Assembly: GCA_048499175.1 (NCBI GenBank)
Contig: JASOAK010000004.1
Span: 36,373 to 100,372, forward strand
Source: a bacterium
GTDB taxonomy: Bacteria; UBA10199; DSSB01
Direction: 5' to 3'
DNA length: 64,000 bases
Below are positions 1-10,715 of the stretch, in pieces. The notes beneath the pieces were generated by a model. The model was given only the letters and a program-made list of their open reading frames with translations. It was not told the origin of the DNA and searched no databases. Made by a program: the position numbers and the translations under genes. Numbering within the stretch: the first letter of the stretch is position 1; each line of letters starts with the position of its first letter.

Positions 1-747
1 GCCCATCTCCTTGGCCAGAAAGGTGTGCTCGTAATAGGCCGAATTGTAGATGCCCGGCGTCAGCACGACGATCTCGCACTCTCCCTTGCCTCGCGGCGAG
101 ACGTAGCGCAGGGCTTCGAGGAGGATCGAGGGGTAGTGCTCGACGCGCCGGACGCGATACTTGGAAAAGAATTCCGACAAAATATGGCGCTCGAGGATAC
201 GGTTCTCGATCATGTAGGAGACGCCGCTGGGGGTGCGCAGGTTGTCCTCCAGGACGAGGTAGCGTCCCCGTTCGTCCCGAACCAGGTCGATCCCCGCGAC
301 ATGGGTGTAGATGTCGTGGGGCGGGACGATGTCCAAGACCTCCCGCCGAAAATCCCGACCCTGGTAGACGAGGGCCGGCGGGATCACGCCGTCTTTGAGG
401 ACGCGCTGCCGGTGGTAAATGTCCTTCAGGAACAGATTGAGCGCGCGGACGCGTTGCTTCAGGCCGCTCTCCAGGCCCCGCCACTCGGCGGCGGGAATGA
501 GGCGGGGAATGACGTCGAAGGGCAAGACCCGTTCGATGCCCTTGTCTTCCTCGCTGTAGACCGTGAAGGTGACTCCCTCGGTGATCAAAGCCAAGTGCGC
601 CTCGCGGCTTTTTTGGGCGAGGCCCGCCTGCCCGATGCGGCGGATATGCTCCCACAACAGCCGGTAGTGCTCGCGCGGCTCGAAATTGTCCTTGTAAAAC
701 TCGTGGAAAGAGCTTTCCGCGAGGGATTGTTCGGAGTTGGGCAACAT
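1..747 (-). CDS. Circularly permuted type-2 ATP-grasp protein (N-terminal ~249 aa; gene runs off the window start)
   Basis: Minus-strand translation from the ATG at 747-745 gives MLPNSEQSLAESSFHEFYKDNFEPREHYRLLWEHIRRIGQAG...VLPFDVIPRLIPAAEW...DIYTHVAGIDLVRDERGRYLVLEDNLRTP. This is typical of the COG2308 family. An AAGGA ribosome-binding site lies upstream. The plus-strand ORF 25-801 is the mirror artefact. Confidence 0.6.
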   Translation of the reverse strand, partial: MLPNSEQSLAESSFHEFYKDNFEPREHYRLLWEHIRRIGQAGLAQKSREAHLALITEGVTFTVYSEEDKGIERVLPFDVIPRLIPAAEWRGLESGLKQRVRALNLFLKDIYHRQRVLKDGVIPPALVYQGRDFRREVLDIVPPHDIYTHVAGIDLVRDERGRYLVLEDNLRTPSGVSYMIENRILERHILSEFFSKYRVRRVEHYPSILLEALRYVSPRGKGECEIVVLTPGIYNSAYYEHTFLAKEMG

Positions 748-939
748 GGTCCTTACCTACAGGCGGCCGAAAGCACCCACTCGCTGCACGCCGGCCGGTG
801 AACGACCGGATTTTCAGGCTAGCACCGCGACGCTCGGGCTATCAACCCTAAAGCGCATAATAAAGTACGCAATCGGGCCCTTAGGCTTGACGATAATCCC
901 CCAACACCGTTACAGAATCGCCGCTCACGAGGGAATCCA

Positions 940-2304
940 ATGTCGGGGAATATCGCCAAGGCCCTGGGCCTTTTTTTCGTACTATCGCTCCACGCCTGCA
1001 GCGGAGGTACCGCAAGCCCTCCGGAGAACCCGGCGCCGCCGGCACAACCCAGCTTTACCTACATCGCCCTGGGCGACAGCCTGGCCGCCGGGGTGCAAGA
1101 CGGCACCACCAACGAGCACACCCAGCCGCACAGCTACGCGGCGATCCTCGCCAAGCAGCTGGCCAAGGCCTACGGCGGCACGCTGACCATGCCCCTGCTC
1201 GCGGTCGACGGGCCGCGCAAAAACCCCGACAAGGTCCCCACCCTCCTCGGCATCTCCGGCGAGGACTCCGGAAGCCTCTATGAGACCAAGGCCACGGGCG
1301 AGCCGCTGACCTCCGCAAGCAGCCTCCACGACCGCACTTTAGCGCCGATCGCCTTTTCCGAATACCGCGGCGAAGCCACCAGCCAGCTCGACGCCGCCCT
1401 CTGGCTGGCCGAGAAGTGGAAGGACGCGGATCCCGCCACGCCCAAGATCATGACCCTTTGGCTCAACAACGACGTGCTGGGCTCGGTGGTCCAGATCGGC
1501 AACGAGAATTACACCGCCGCGGGCGTCGAGGCGGCGATGACGCCTCCGGAGGAATTCCGGGCGAATATGGATTTTGTCTTGGGGAAATTGGCCGCGACCG
1601 GCGCCGAGGTCTTCGTCGGCAACATCCCCGACATCACGCAGATCGCCTACCTGGTCTCGGGCGAGACGGTGAGACGCTGGACGAGCCTGTCCGTCCCCGC
1701 CAACCGCCTGCCGGAGGGCGCCCGGATGAGCCTGCCCGCCGCCTTGCGCATCTATACGGACTTCCTCGCGGGCCGCGAGTGGGAGGCGACGCTGGCGGAG
1801 CACCTGGTGGACAGCTCGGTCTTGACCGCCGAGGAGGCGGCGCCGATCCAGGCCCGCATCGCCGCCTTGAACCAAATTCTCGCCGAGCTGACGGCGAAAC
1901 ACTCCCTGCATCTCGTCGACCTGAACGCTTCCCTGCGAGCCCCGCAGACCGTCGAGGGCACGACCTATACCGCCGAGTGGGGCGCGGGCGGGTTCTTCTG
2001 CCTGGACGGCGTGCATTTCTCGCACAGCGGACACGCCCATACGGCGAATCTCTTTATCCGCGCGATCAACCAGGCCCTCGGCGCCGCGGTACCCGAAATC
2101 GAGGTCTCGCAGGTGCGCCTCGACGACCCCTACGTCGACGCCGACGGCGACGGATTCCCGCGCGGGCCGAGCTACGAGCCCGTCCGGCCCGTCGTGCAAC
2201 TGCTCTTTCAATTTCGCGACGCGGACGACACGGATCCCGGGGTGGGGATTGTCGGGACGCCGGAGACCATTCAGGAAATGAAGGCGCTGGCGATCGCCCC
2301 TTGA
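940..2304 (+). CDS. Secreted lipoprotein, SGNH/GDSL-family hydrolase
   Basis: Signal peptide with lipobox (LSLHAC). GDSL block IALGDSLAAG. C-terminal DGVHFS block (SGNH catalytic His). A GAGGGA ribosome-binding site precedes the ATG. Confidence 0.75.
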   Translation: MSGNIAKALGLFFVLSLHACSGGTASPPENPAPPAQPSFTYIALGDSLAAGVQDGTTNEHTQPHSYAAILAKQLAKAYGGTLTMPLLAVDGPRKNPDKVPTLLGISGEDSGSLYETKATGEPLTSASSLHDRTLAPIAFSEYRGEATSQLDAALWLAEKWKDADPATPKIMTLWLNNDVLGSVVQIGNENYTAAGVEAAMTPPEEFRANMDFVLGKLAATGAEVFVGNIPDITQIAYLVSGETVRRWTSLSVPANRLPEGARMSLPAALRIYTDFLAGREWEATLAEHLVDSSVLTAEEAAPIQARIAALNQILAELTAKHSLHLVDLNASLRAPQTVEGTTYTAEWGAGGFFCLDGVHFSHSGHAHTANLFIRAINQALGAAVPEIEVSQVRLDDPYVDADGDGFPRGPSYEPVRPVVQLLFQFRDADDTDPGVGIVGTPETIQEMKALAIAP

Positions 2305-2337
2305 CTCCCCCGCGGGGATGGGCGAGTTTTCGCGGCA

Positions 2338-4209
2338 TTGATCACGCTCCCCTTTTCCAAAAAGCCGACCCACCGCCAGCGCCACCGCGCCGCGCGCGAA
2401 ACCAAGCGCCGCGACCGCGCCAAGCGCTTCAAGAGCCTGCGCGACCAGATCTATTGGGCGCGTTTCCTGGGCTACGTCGGACGCCATAAAAAGACGATCC
2501 TAGGCATCTCCGCCCTGATCGTCCTCGGCGGCGTCCTCGGCCTCGCCCTGCCCTTCCTGTCGCGGTTCGTCCTGGATTACATCGTCCCCAAACGGGACTA
2601 CGCCCTGCTCAACTGGGTGATCCTCGGCGGACTCGGGATCTACCTGCTCCACGCCGTCCTCCGCTATTACGAGCAACGCTTGGTCACGACCTTCTCGATG
2701 GACCTGGTCACCGAGATCCGCCGCGACCTGTTCCGCTACCAGATGCGGCTGCCGCTCACCTATTTCGAAAACAACGCCGCCGGGAAGCTGGTCTCGAAGC
2801 TCACCTATAGCGTCATGATGATCAAGGTCTTGGTCGAGACCTTCGCCTACGTCTGCCTGCGCGAGTCGGTGAACATCCTTCTGCTCACGGTCGCCGCCAC
2901 GATCATCGACTGGCGGCTGACGCTGATCCTCTCCGCGCTCGCGCCCTTCGTCGTCCTCTACATCCGCCGCCTCAACCGTTACATGGCCGAGGTGGCCTCC
3001 CAGCTGCAGACCAAGAACGACCAAATTCTGAAGATCCTCGACCGCGCCTACCACTCCGCCAAGCTCTTCCAGATCTTCGGCGGCGGGCTGCGCGAAGGCG
3101 ACCGCTTCGAGGAGGTCTTGAATCAGGACAAGAAATTCCGAATCGAACGCACGATGGTCTATGCCGGCAACGCCATCCTGATCGGCTTCCTCGCCTCCGC
3201 CGTGCTGCTGGCGTCGCTGTGGTACGGCGGCCGACAAATTATCCAGGGGCAGCTGAGCCACGGCGAGGTCCTCGCCTATATGATCTGCCTGGGGCTGCTG
3301 TTTCGACCGCTCTCTCAGTTCGTCCGCGCGACGGCCTACCTGCAGGCGGGCCTGATCGGCATCCGGACCGTCTTTTCGATCTTCGAGAACACGACGCCCA
3401 TTGCCGAGCCGGAACACCCCGTCGTGCCCGAGCGCCGCGAGGGCAAGGTCGAATTCCGGAGCGTCTGGTTCCAATACGCCCGCGGAATCGGCGGGCTGCG
3501 CAACGTCAGCTTCCGCGCCGAGCCGGGACAGAAGGTCTTGATCGTCGGCCAGAGCGGCGCCGGCAAGAGCACCTTGCTGAATTTATTGATGCGCCTCTAC
3601 GACGGCAACCGCGGGAGCATCCTGATCGACGGGGTGAACATCCGCAAGATGCGTCTGGACGACCTGCGCGCCTATTTCAGCGTGGTGGCGCAGGACCAGT
3701 TGCACGTCGAGGATACCATCCTGGGCAACGTCTTCTTCGGCGAAATGGGGAGCAAGGGCCCCGACATGGAGGCCCAGCTCGAGAAGGCCCTCGACCTGGG
3801 GAGGCAGATGGAGCTCAACCGCTTCATCGCCTCGCTGGAGCGAAAATTCGGGCAGAAGGTCGGCGCGGAGGGCTTGGGCTATTCGCGCGGCGAGCTGCAG
3901 AAGCTCGCGCTGATGCGCGCCGCCGCCAAGGACGCGCCCATCGTCCTGATGGACGAGCCGACCGCCTCGCTGGACCACCGCTCGGAGCGCGGCGTCCTCA
4001 AGATCATCGCCGAGCATTTTCGAAAGAAGACGGTGCTGGTCATCTCGCACCGCCCGCTGCCGCAGCTGCGTCCCGACTGGGTCGTGGTCTTGAAGAAGGG
4101 CGCGGTGGAGGCCCAGGGCCGGCACGAGGACTTGATCGCCCGCTCGCCTTACTACCGCGAGCTGCTCGCGCAGGGCCGAGAGGAGCCTGTTCCCGCCCCC
4201 GCCCTCTGA
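2338..4209 (+). CDS. ABC transporter, fused permease/ATP-binding exporter (MsbA/type-I exporter-like)
   Basis: N-terminal six-TM permease domain. Walker A GQSGAGKSTLLNLL, ABC signature YSRGELQKL, Walker B ILMDEP. The TTG start at 2338 is uncertain. Confidence 0.85.
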   Translation: MITLPFSKKPTHRQRHRAARETKRRDRAKRFKSLRDQIYWARFLGYVGRHKKTILGISALIVLGGVLGLALPFLSRFVLDYIVPKRDYALLNWVILGGLGIYLLHAVLRYYEQRLVTTFSMDLVTEIRRDLFRYQMRLPLTYFENNAAGKLVSKLTYSVMMIKVLVETFAYVCLRESVNILLLTVAATIIDWRLTLILSALAPFVVLYIRRLNRYMAEVASQLQTKNDQILKILDRAYHSAKLFQIFGGGLREGDRFEEVLNQDKKFRIERTMVYAGNAILIGFLASAVLLASLWYGGRQIIQGQLSHGEVLAYMICLGLLFRPLSQFVRATAYLQAGLIGIRTVFSIFENTTPIAEPEHPVVPERREGKVEFRSVWFQYARGIGGLRNVSFRAEPGQKVLIVGQSGAGKSTLLNLLMRLYDGNRGSILIDGVNIRKMRLDDLRAYFSVVAQDQLHVEDTILGNVFFGEMGSKGPDMEAQLEKALDLGRQMELNRFIASLERKFGQKVGAEGLGYSRGELQKLALMRAAAKDAPIVLMDEPTASLDHRSERGVLKIIAEHFRKKTVLVISHRPLPQLRPDWVVVLKKGAVEAQGRHEDLIARSPYYRELLAQGREEPVPAPAL

Positions 4210-4228
4210 GCAAACGCCGGCCCCTTCC

Positions 4229-5785
4229 TCAGTCGAACTTGATCTCCCCGTTCAGCGCCTGCCGCACGTAGCGCAGCTTACCCTTCAAGTTGGCCCATTT
4301 TCGCGCGAGGCCCTCTTTCTTCTCCCGCCCCTGAAGGAACATCTCGAAGTTCGTGCCGAAGTAGCGCCGCCAGCCCCGGTAGGGCGCCAGGCTGCGGCGG
4401 CGCAGGATGCGGTGGTAGGCTCCGGTCAGACTCTTGTAGCCCAGCTCGCGGAACCAGGCCTCGGGGATCAGCCGCCGGTTGCGCGGCGAGGGCCGGCGCA
4501 GGATGGCGAGGCGGATGCGGTCTTTGATGAAGGCGTCCATCCGGCGGAAGCTCAAGTCGTCGTCGACCACCGGGAAGGCGCGCACCCAGGGCAACTGCTT
4601 CAGGCCCAGGGTCGCGGCGAGGCCGGTGTTGATGTCGAGGATGATTTTCTTCAGCAGGGCCCGGCGCTCTTCGTCGGTCTTGTTGGGGTAGTCGCGGTAG
4701 CGGTCGACGACCAGCTGCTCGTAGGCCCACTGCTTGAAGCGCCCCATCGCGACGCCGCCGATGTGGATCTTCCCTTCGGCGAAGCGATAACCCAGGTATT
4801 CGAAGGCCTCGCCCGGCGCCTTGCGCAAAGTTTTATGCGGCGAGGAGCGGAGCGCATGTTCCGCCAAGACCTCGGCGATGCGGCGGCTCCCGGCCTCGAG
4901 CCGCGCCGGATCCGGATCCAGCAGCAGGATATCGTCGCCGTAGCGCAGGTAATGATGGTCGCCGCGGAACATCTCGCGGTCGAGCCGCCAGAGGTAGAAG
5001 TTGGCGAAAACGGTCGACAGGCTCGAGCCCGCCGGGATGCCGCGGACGGGCGAGACGAGATGCCCGTCCCAAAACTTCCGCTGGTGGACGAAGTGCCGCA
5101 CCAGGCCCCGGACCTCGGGCTCGTCGGGCAGGACCTCGCGCAGCATGTCCAGCAGGCGACCTTGGTCGATGTTGTCGAAGTAATCCGCGATGTCGGTCTT
5201 GTAGACGAAGAGCCTGCCCGCGTGCGCCTGCAGCAGCTTGCGGACGCGGCGCGCGGCGGCGATGGTGCCGTAGGAGCGCCCGTTGCGGTAAGAAAATAGG
5301 TTCGGATAGTAGAGCCGCTCGAAGCGCTCGACCAAGGGCAGGGCCATCGCCTTCTGCACGACCTTGTCGCGCAGGGCCACCAGATAGATCTCGCGAAACT
5401 TCCCCGGCGTGTCCTTCGGCACCTTGCGCAGGATCTGCGGGTAAAAAGGCCGGTCTCCGGCAAGCAGAAAATCGCGGCAGGCCTTAAGCTGCGCCTCCAG
5501 GTCCCGATCGAAGTCGCGCAGGTCCACACCGTCGATCCCGGAGGCGAACTTCTTATAATGTTGGAGATAGGGGTCGTAGTGCTTTTCGCGGATCAGGCGG
5601 TAGGCCTCGCGAAGGTTTTCGGAAGAGACGATCTGAGCGAAGAGCTTACCCAAGGAGACCTTAAAAGGTGGTGAGGCCGGGATAGAAAAGCTTTTCCCCA
5701 TCCCGGCCTTGGCCTGCGAACGCCGCTGGAACGTCGCCATCCTGCAAGCGACAAATTGGTTGGTTGGGTGGTTATTTATTACCAC
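4229..5785 (-). CDS. Reverse transcriptase, group-II-intron/retron-like RT domain, free-standing
   Basis: RT domain 0-2 (SGIDGVDLRDF, FYPQILRKVPKD, REIYLVALRDKVVQ). Block 4/5 RGIPAGSSLSTVFANFYL. Catalytic YGDD (LRYGDDILLL). Block 7 PHKTLRKAPGEAFEYLGYRF. A ~190-aa thumb/maturase-like C-terminus follows. The annotated start is a GTG; an ATG at 5701 (MGKSFSIP) has an AAGG ribosome-binding site and may be the true start. Confidence 0.85.
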   Translation of the reverse strand: MVINNHPTNQFVACRMATFQRRSQAKAGMGKSFSIPASPPFKVSLGKLFAQIVSSENLREAYRLIREKHYDPYLQHYKKFASGIDGVDLRDFDRDLEAQLKACRDFLLAGDRPFYPQILRKVPKDTPGKFREIYLVALRDKVVQKAMALPLVERFERLYYPNLFSYRNGRSYGTIAAARRVRKLLQAHAGRLFVYKTDIADYFDNIDQGRLLDMLREVLPDEPEVRGLVRHFVHQRKFWDGHLVSPVRGIPAGSSLSTVFANFYLWRLDREMFRGDHHYLRYGDDILLLDPDPARLEAGSRRIAEVLAEHALRSSPHKTLRKAPGEAFEYLGYRFAEGKIHIGGVAMGRFKQWAYEQLVVDRYRDYPNKTDEERRALLKKIILDINTGLAATLGLKQLPWVRAFPVVDDDLSFRRMDAFIKDRIRLAILRRPSPRNRRLIPEAWFRELGYKSLTGAYHRILRRRSLAPYRGWRRYFGTNFEMFLQGREKKEGLARKWANLKGKLRYVRQALNGEIKFD

Positions 5786-5960
5786 CCCACCACTCCCCCT
5801 AAGCCTTGCGGCGAAGGGGATGTGTAAGGACGACTCCGCCCCATGTCCGCGGGTGGGGCGAACCCCGATGCGAAGCCGCCTGGGTCATTGGACATCGCGG
5901 GCGGGCCAAAACCACCTCTTTCTCGCCCGCGTGTTCCAGCCTGCGTCTTTTCAACTTAGA
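5786..5960 (-). ncRNA. Candidate structured leader/ncRNA upstream of the RT (several stem-loops incl. GGGGUUCGCCCC UUCG-tetraloop hairpin)
   Basis: Minus-strand hairpins: gggtggt-N9-accaccc (5770-5795), GGGGTTCGCCCC (5855-5866), ATGTCC...GGACAT long-range pair, CGCGGGC...GCCCGCG. A possible -10 TATGAT lies near 5968-5973 (minus-strand sense). Confidence 0.3.
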
Positions 5961-6219
5961 TCATATGATGGCCGAAAGGAAAGCTATTTCCGGCACATAC
6001 CAAAACCCACCTAGCGCTTACGGTAGGTGGGTCGCGTCGGCCTGAAAAGCCAGGCGGAAGCTTTTGGCAGCCCCGCTATCCATCCTGGATGGACCGGAGG
6101 CTTTGCGTCCTCCGATTGCTCGGAGTTTGCCTTTTTCCGCCGGACGTCCGGACTCCCGTCAACGGCGTCCGACATTGAAAAGTGTAACGCCGCCCCCGTC
6201 TTGTGACAAGACGCATTTC

Positions 6220-6258
6220 GGGGTTTTTCCGAGACCGCGCGGGGCTTGGAAAAACCCC
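6220..6258. promoter_or_regulatory. Perfect 11-bp inverted repeat GGGGTTTTTCC-N17-GGAAAAACCCC, 26 bp upstream of the ABC-F start
   Basis: Read directly from the sequence. A further 17-nt palindrome CGTCTTGTGACAAGACG lies at 6197-6213. Confidence 0.5.
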
Positions 6259-6283
6259 AAGGACATGCGAGAGATCCCCCGCC

Positions 6284-8107
<1,824 letters not shown>

Positions 8108-8234
8108 GCGTATTGGCAGATCCCTGTAAATATAACTTGGCCCTACCATTCGAATCACCTTAAAAAAAACGAAGTCCCCCCGAAAAACTTACGATTTGCC
8201 CGGCACCAAGGGTGATGCTACGACTTCTCTATCC

Positions 8235-9245
8235 ATGAACGCCGCGCCCCTCAGCTTTCGCCGCTTCGCCGCCGTCCTCTCCGGCCTGGCGCTCCTGCTC
8301 GCCGCGGCGGTCGCCCTAAGCCTCGCCTTCGGCGGCGGCCGGCTCGACTTGGCGGCGGCCTGGAGCGATCCCGCGAGCCCCGAGCACGACATCCTCTTCT
8401 ACTCGCGCCTGCCCAGGATCCTGCTCGGCGTCATCGTCGGCTTCGCCCTCTCCAGCGGCGGCGTCGCCTTCCAGAGCCTGCTGCGCAACCCGATGGCCGA
8501 CCCCTACATCCTGGGCGTCTCCGGCGGCGCCGCGCTCGGCAGCGTGGTCGCGGTCTCGCTCGGCTTGGCCTTCACCTGGGTCAGCTCGGTCGCCTTTGTC
8601 TCCGCCCTGGCTTCGCTGCTGCTGATCTACTGGATCGCGCAGACCAAGGGCCGCCTGCCCGTCTACACGCTGTTGCTCACCGGCGTCATCTTCAACGCCT
8701 TCAGCTTCGCGCTCATCATGTTCATCAACTCGCTGGTCAGCTTCGAGCAGGCGCACCGCATTTGGTACCTCATGGTCGGCTCGCTCGAGGCCGAGAGCTA
8801 CGGGAAGATCGCGGTGACGGGAGCCTTCGTCCTGGCCGGATTCCTGCTGCTCTTCCTGCACGCGGGGAAGATGAACTTGATGGCCCTGGGCGACTCGAGC
8901 GCCCAATATCTGGGCCTCGACGTCGAGAAATTCCGCCGCCACATCTTCTTCGCCGCATCGTTGATGATCGGCGCGACGGTCAGCCTCTCGGGCCTGATCG
9001 GCTTCGTCGGCCTCTTCATCCCGCACATGGTGCGGCTCAGGCTCGGTTCCGACCACCGCCTGTTGCTGCCGGCCTCGGCCCTGTTCGGCGCCGCCTTCCT
9101 GGTCTTGGCCGACCTGGCCGCGCGCACGGTCTTAAGCGGCTCCGATTACCAGACGCAGATCCCCGTCGGCGTCCTCACCGCCCTGATCGGCGGCCCCTTC
9201 TTCGTTTACCTCGTGAAAAAACCCTCGAACCGAGGTGCCTGGTGA
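8235..9245 (+). CDS. FecCD-family iron-chelate/cobalamin ABC transporter permease
   Basis: Polytopic membrane protein with typical BtuC/FhuB signatures (RLPRILLGVIVGFALSSGGVAFQSLLRNPMADPYILGVSGGAALG). Confidence 0.85.
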   Translation: MNAAPLSFRRFAAVLSGLALLLAAAVALSLAFGGGRLDLAAAWSDPASPEHDILFYSRLPRILLGVIVGFALSSGGVAFQSLLRNPMADPYILGVSGGAALGSVVAVSLGLAFTWVSSVAFVSALASLLLIYWIAQTKGRLPVYTLLLTGVIFNAFSFALIMFINSLVSFEQAHRIWYLMVGSLEAESYGKIAVTGAFVLAGFLLLFLHAGKMNLMALGDSSAQYLGLDVEKFRRHIFFAASLMIGATVSLSGLIGFVGLFIPHMVRLRLGSDHRLLLPASALFGAAFLVLADLAARTVLSGSDYQTQIPVGVLTALIGGPFFVYLVKKPSNRGAW

Positions 9246-10024
9246 CGACGGTCTACACGCTGGAAAACGTCTCCCTCTCCTATGACTCCCTGCCGGTGCT
9301 GCAGGACCTGGGCTTCGCGATCCGCGAGCGCGAGTTCGTCGGCGTCCTCGGGCCGAACGGTTGCGGCAAGACCACGCTGCTCAACCTCCTAGCCGGCGTC
9401 TTGAGGCCCACGGCGGGAGAGATCCGGCTCTTCGAGCGCGAGCTCCGCGACTACTCCCGCCGCGAGGCCGCGCGGATCGTCTCGGTACTGCCCCAGGAGA
9501 CCTTCATCGAATTCCCCTTCACCGCCTTGGAGGTCGTCCTGATGGGGCGCGCGCCCTACCTGGGCCGCTTCCAATGGGAGAGCCCCCGCGACCTCGAGAT
9601 CGCGCGCGAGGCGATGCGGCTCACCGACTGCCTGGGCTTCGCCGATCGCGATATCCGCCTGCTCTCCGGCGGCGAGCGCGAGCGCGTCCTGCTGGCCCGG
9701 GCCCTCGCCCAGGAGCCCAAGGTCCTACTGCTGGACGAGCCGACGACCCACCTGGACTTGCAGCACCAAGTCGAGATCTACAGCCTCCTGAAGCGCCTGC
9801 ACGCCGAGCGCGACTTGACCCTCGTCGTGGTCCTCCACGACCTGAGCTTCGCGGCCACGGCCTGCGGACGCCTACTGCTTTTTGCGGAAGGCCGACTCAA
9901 GGCCGACGGAGAACCGGAAGCCGTGATGCGGCCCGAGATCCTGCGGGAGGTCTTCGGCACCGAGGTCTTGAGCGGCACCCATCCCGAAACCGGCAGGCCT
10001 TATTTTTTGCCCAAGCTGCCTTGA
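9242..10024 (+). CDS. Iron-chelate ABC transporter ATP-binding protein (FecE/BtuD-like)
   Basis: GTG start overlaps the permease stop (GTGA). Walker A GPNGCGKTT, signature LSGGERERV, Walker B LLLDEPT. Confidence 0.85.
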   Translation: MTTVYTLENVSLSYDSLPVLQDLGFAIREREFVGVLGPNGCGKTTLLNLLAGVLRPTAGEIRLFERELRDYSRREAARIVSVLPQETFIEFPFTALEVVLMGRAPYLGRFQWESPRDLEIAREAMRLTDCLGFADRDIRLLSGGERERVLLARALAQEPKVLLLDEPTTHLDLQHQVEIYSLLKRLHAERDLTLVVVLHDLSFAATACGRLLLFAEGRLKADGEPEAVMRPEILREVFGTEVLSGTHPETGRPYFLPKLP

Positions 10025-10074
10025 AATTTCGTCAAAGCATTGACGACCCCGGAATCTTTCTTTACTCTGAACCG

Positions 10075-10299
10075 GTGAAGACCAAAACCCTCGGCCATAG
10101 GATCGATCCGCCAAATCCGGAGCAAGAGGCTCGCATCCTGCAAAAGACCCTCAATCGCCTGAGAGGCCGCGCGCTCGTGCCCGGCGGAGTTTACCGCTTC
10201 AATACCTTCGAGGAAGCCGACCAATGGATGATCCGTCAAATCGCACATACTCACGCGCTCCGGAGCTCGAAGACCTCCTCAAACTCTGCCAAGCCTTGA
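10075..10299 (+). CDS. Hypothetical small protein (75 aa) overlapping the start of the nucleotidyltransferase gene
   Basis: In-frame GTG ORF with a protein-like tail (QKTLNRLRGRALVPGGVYRFNTFEEADQWMIRQIAHT). No recognised motif. Confidence 0.25.
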   Translation: MKTKTLGHRIDPPNPEQEARILQKTLNRLRGRALVPGGVYRFNTFEEADQWMIRQIAHTHALRSSKTSSNSAKP

Positions 10300-10712
10300 A
10301 TCAGTCCGGCGTGCGTTACCTGCTGATCGGAGGTTTTGCCGTCATCCTTCACGGTTTCGTCCGCGGCACGAAAGATATTGACCTGTTGTTGGACGCCTCC
10401 CCGGAAAATATTCAAAAGCTCAAGCAAGCCATGTCCTTCTTGCCGGACAATGCCGTCGCCCTGATCCAAGACGATGAAATCGAAAAATATGCCGTCGTGC
10501 GGGTCGCCGACGAAATCGTCGTCGACCTGATGGCCAAGGCCTGCGGAATCGGCTATGAAGAGGCCGCAAAGGGCATGGAATGGAAAGAAATCGAAGGGGT
10601 AAGGATTCCGCTGGCCAGCAAGCCCTTGCTGATCCGAATGAAAGACACGATCCGCCCTTCGGACAAAATGGACGTCGACTATCTGCGTTGGCGGATACAA
10701 GAGGAAATGTGA
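10224..10712 (+). CDS. Nucleotidyltransferase-fold protein (MNT/AbiEii-like minimal NTase)
   Basis: YLLIGGFAVILHGFVRGTKDIDLLLD matches the hG[GS]...R.T.DID NTase core. Confidence 0.5.
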   Translation: MDDPSNRTYSRAPELEDLLKLCQALNQSGVRYLLIGGFAVILHGFVRGTKDIDLLLDASPENIQKLKQAMSFLPDNAVALIQDDEIEKYAVVRVADEIVVDLMAKACGIGYEEAAKGMEWKEIEGVRIPLASKPLLIRMKDTIRPSDKMDVDYLRWRIQEEM

Positions 10713-10715
10713 TCC

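Noticed and set aside
25-801. Long plus-strand ORF at the window start, and similar long ORFs (6011-7714 minus, 14988-16616 minus, 57070-59022 minus, 8762-10024 plus, 1339-2487 minus)
   Set aside because: These are high-GC artefacts antisense to, or out of frame with, genes that have clear family motifs. None has a motif of its own.
4229-5785. Diversity-generating retroelement
   Set aside because: No template/variable repeat pair and no accessory avd gene nearby. The RT is about 150 aa longer than typical DGR RTs.
8108-8234. Cobalamin riboswitch ahead of the FecCD/BtuCD-like operon
   Set aside because: The region is only about 125 bp and lacks a B12 box (GCCACTG-like) or a recognisable fold.
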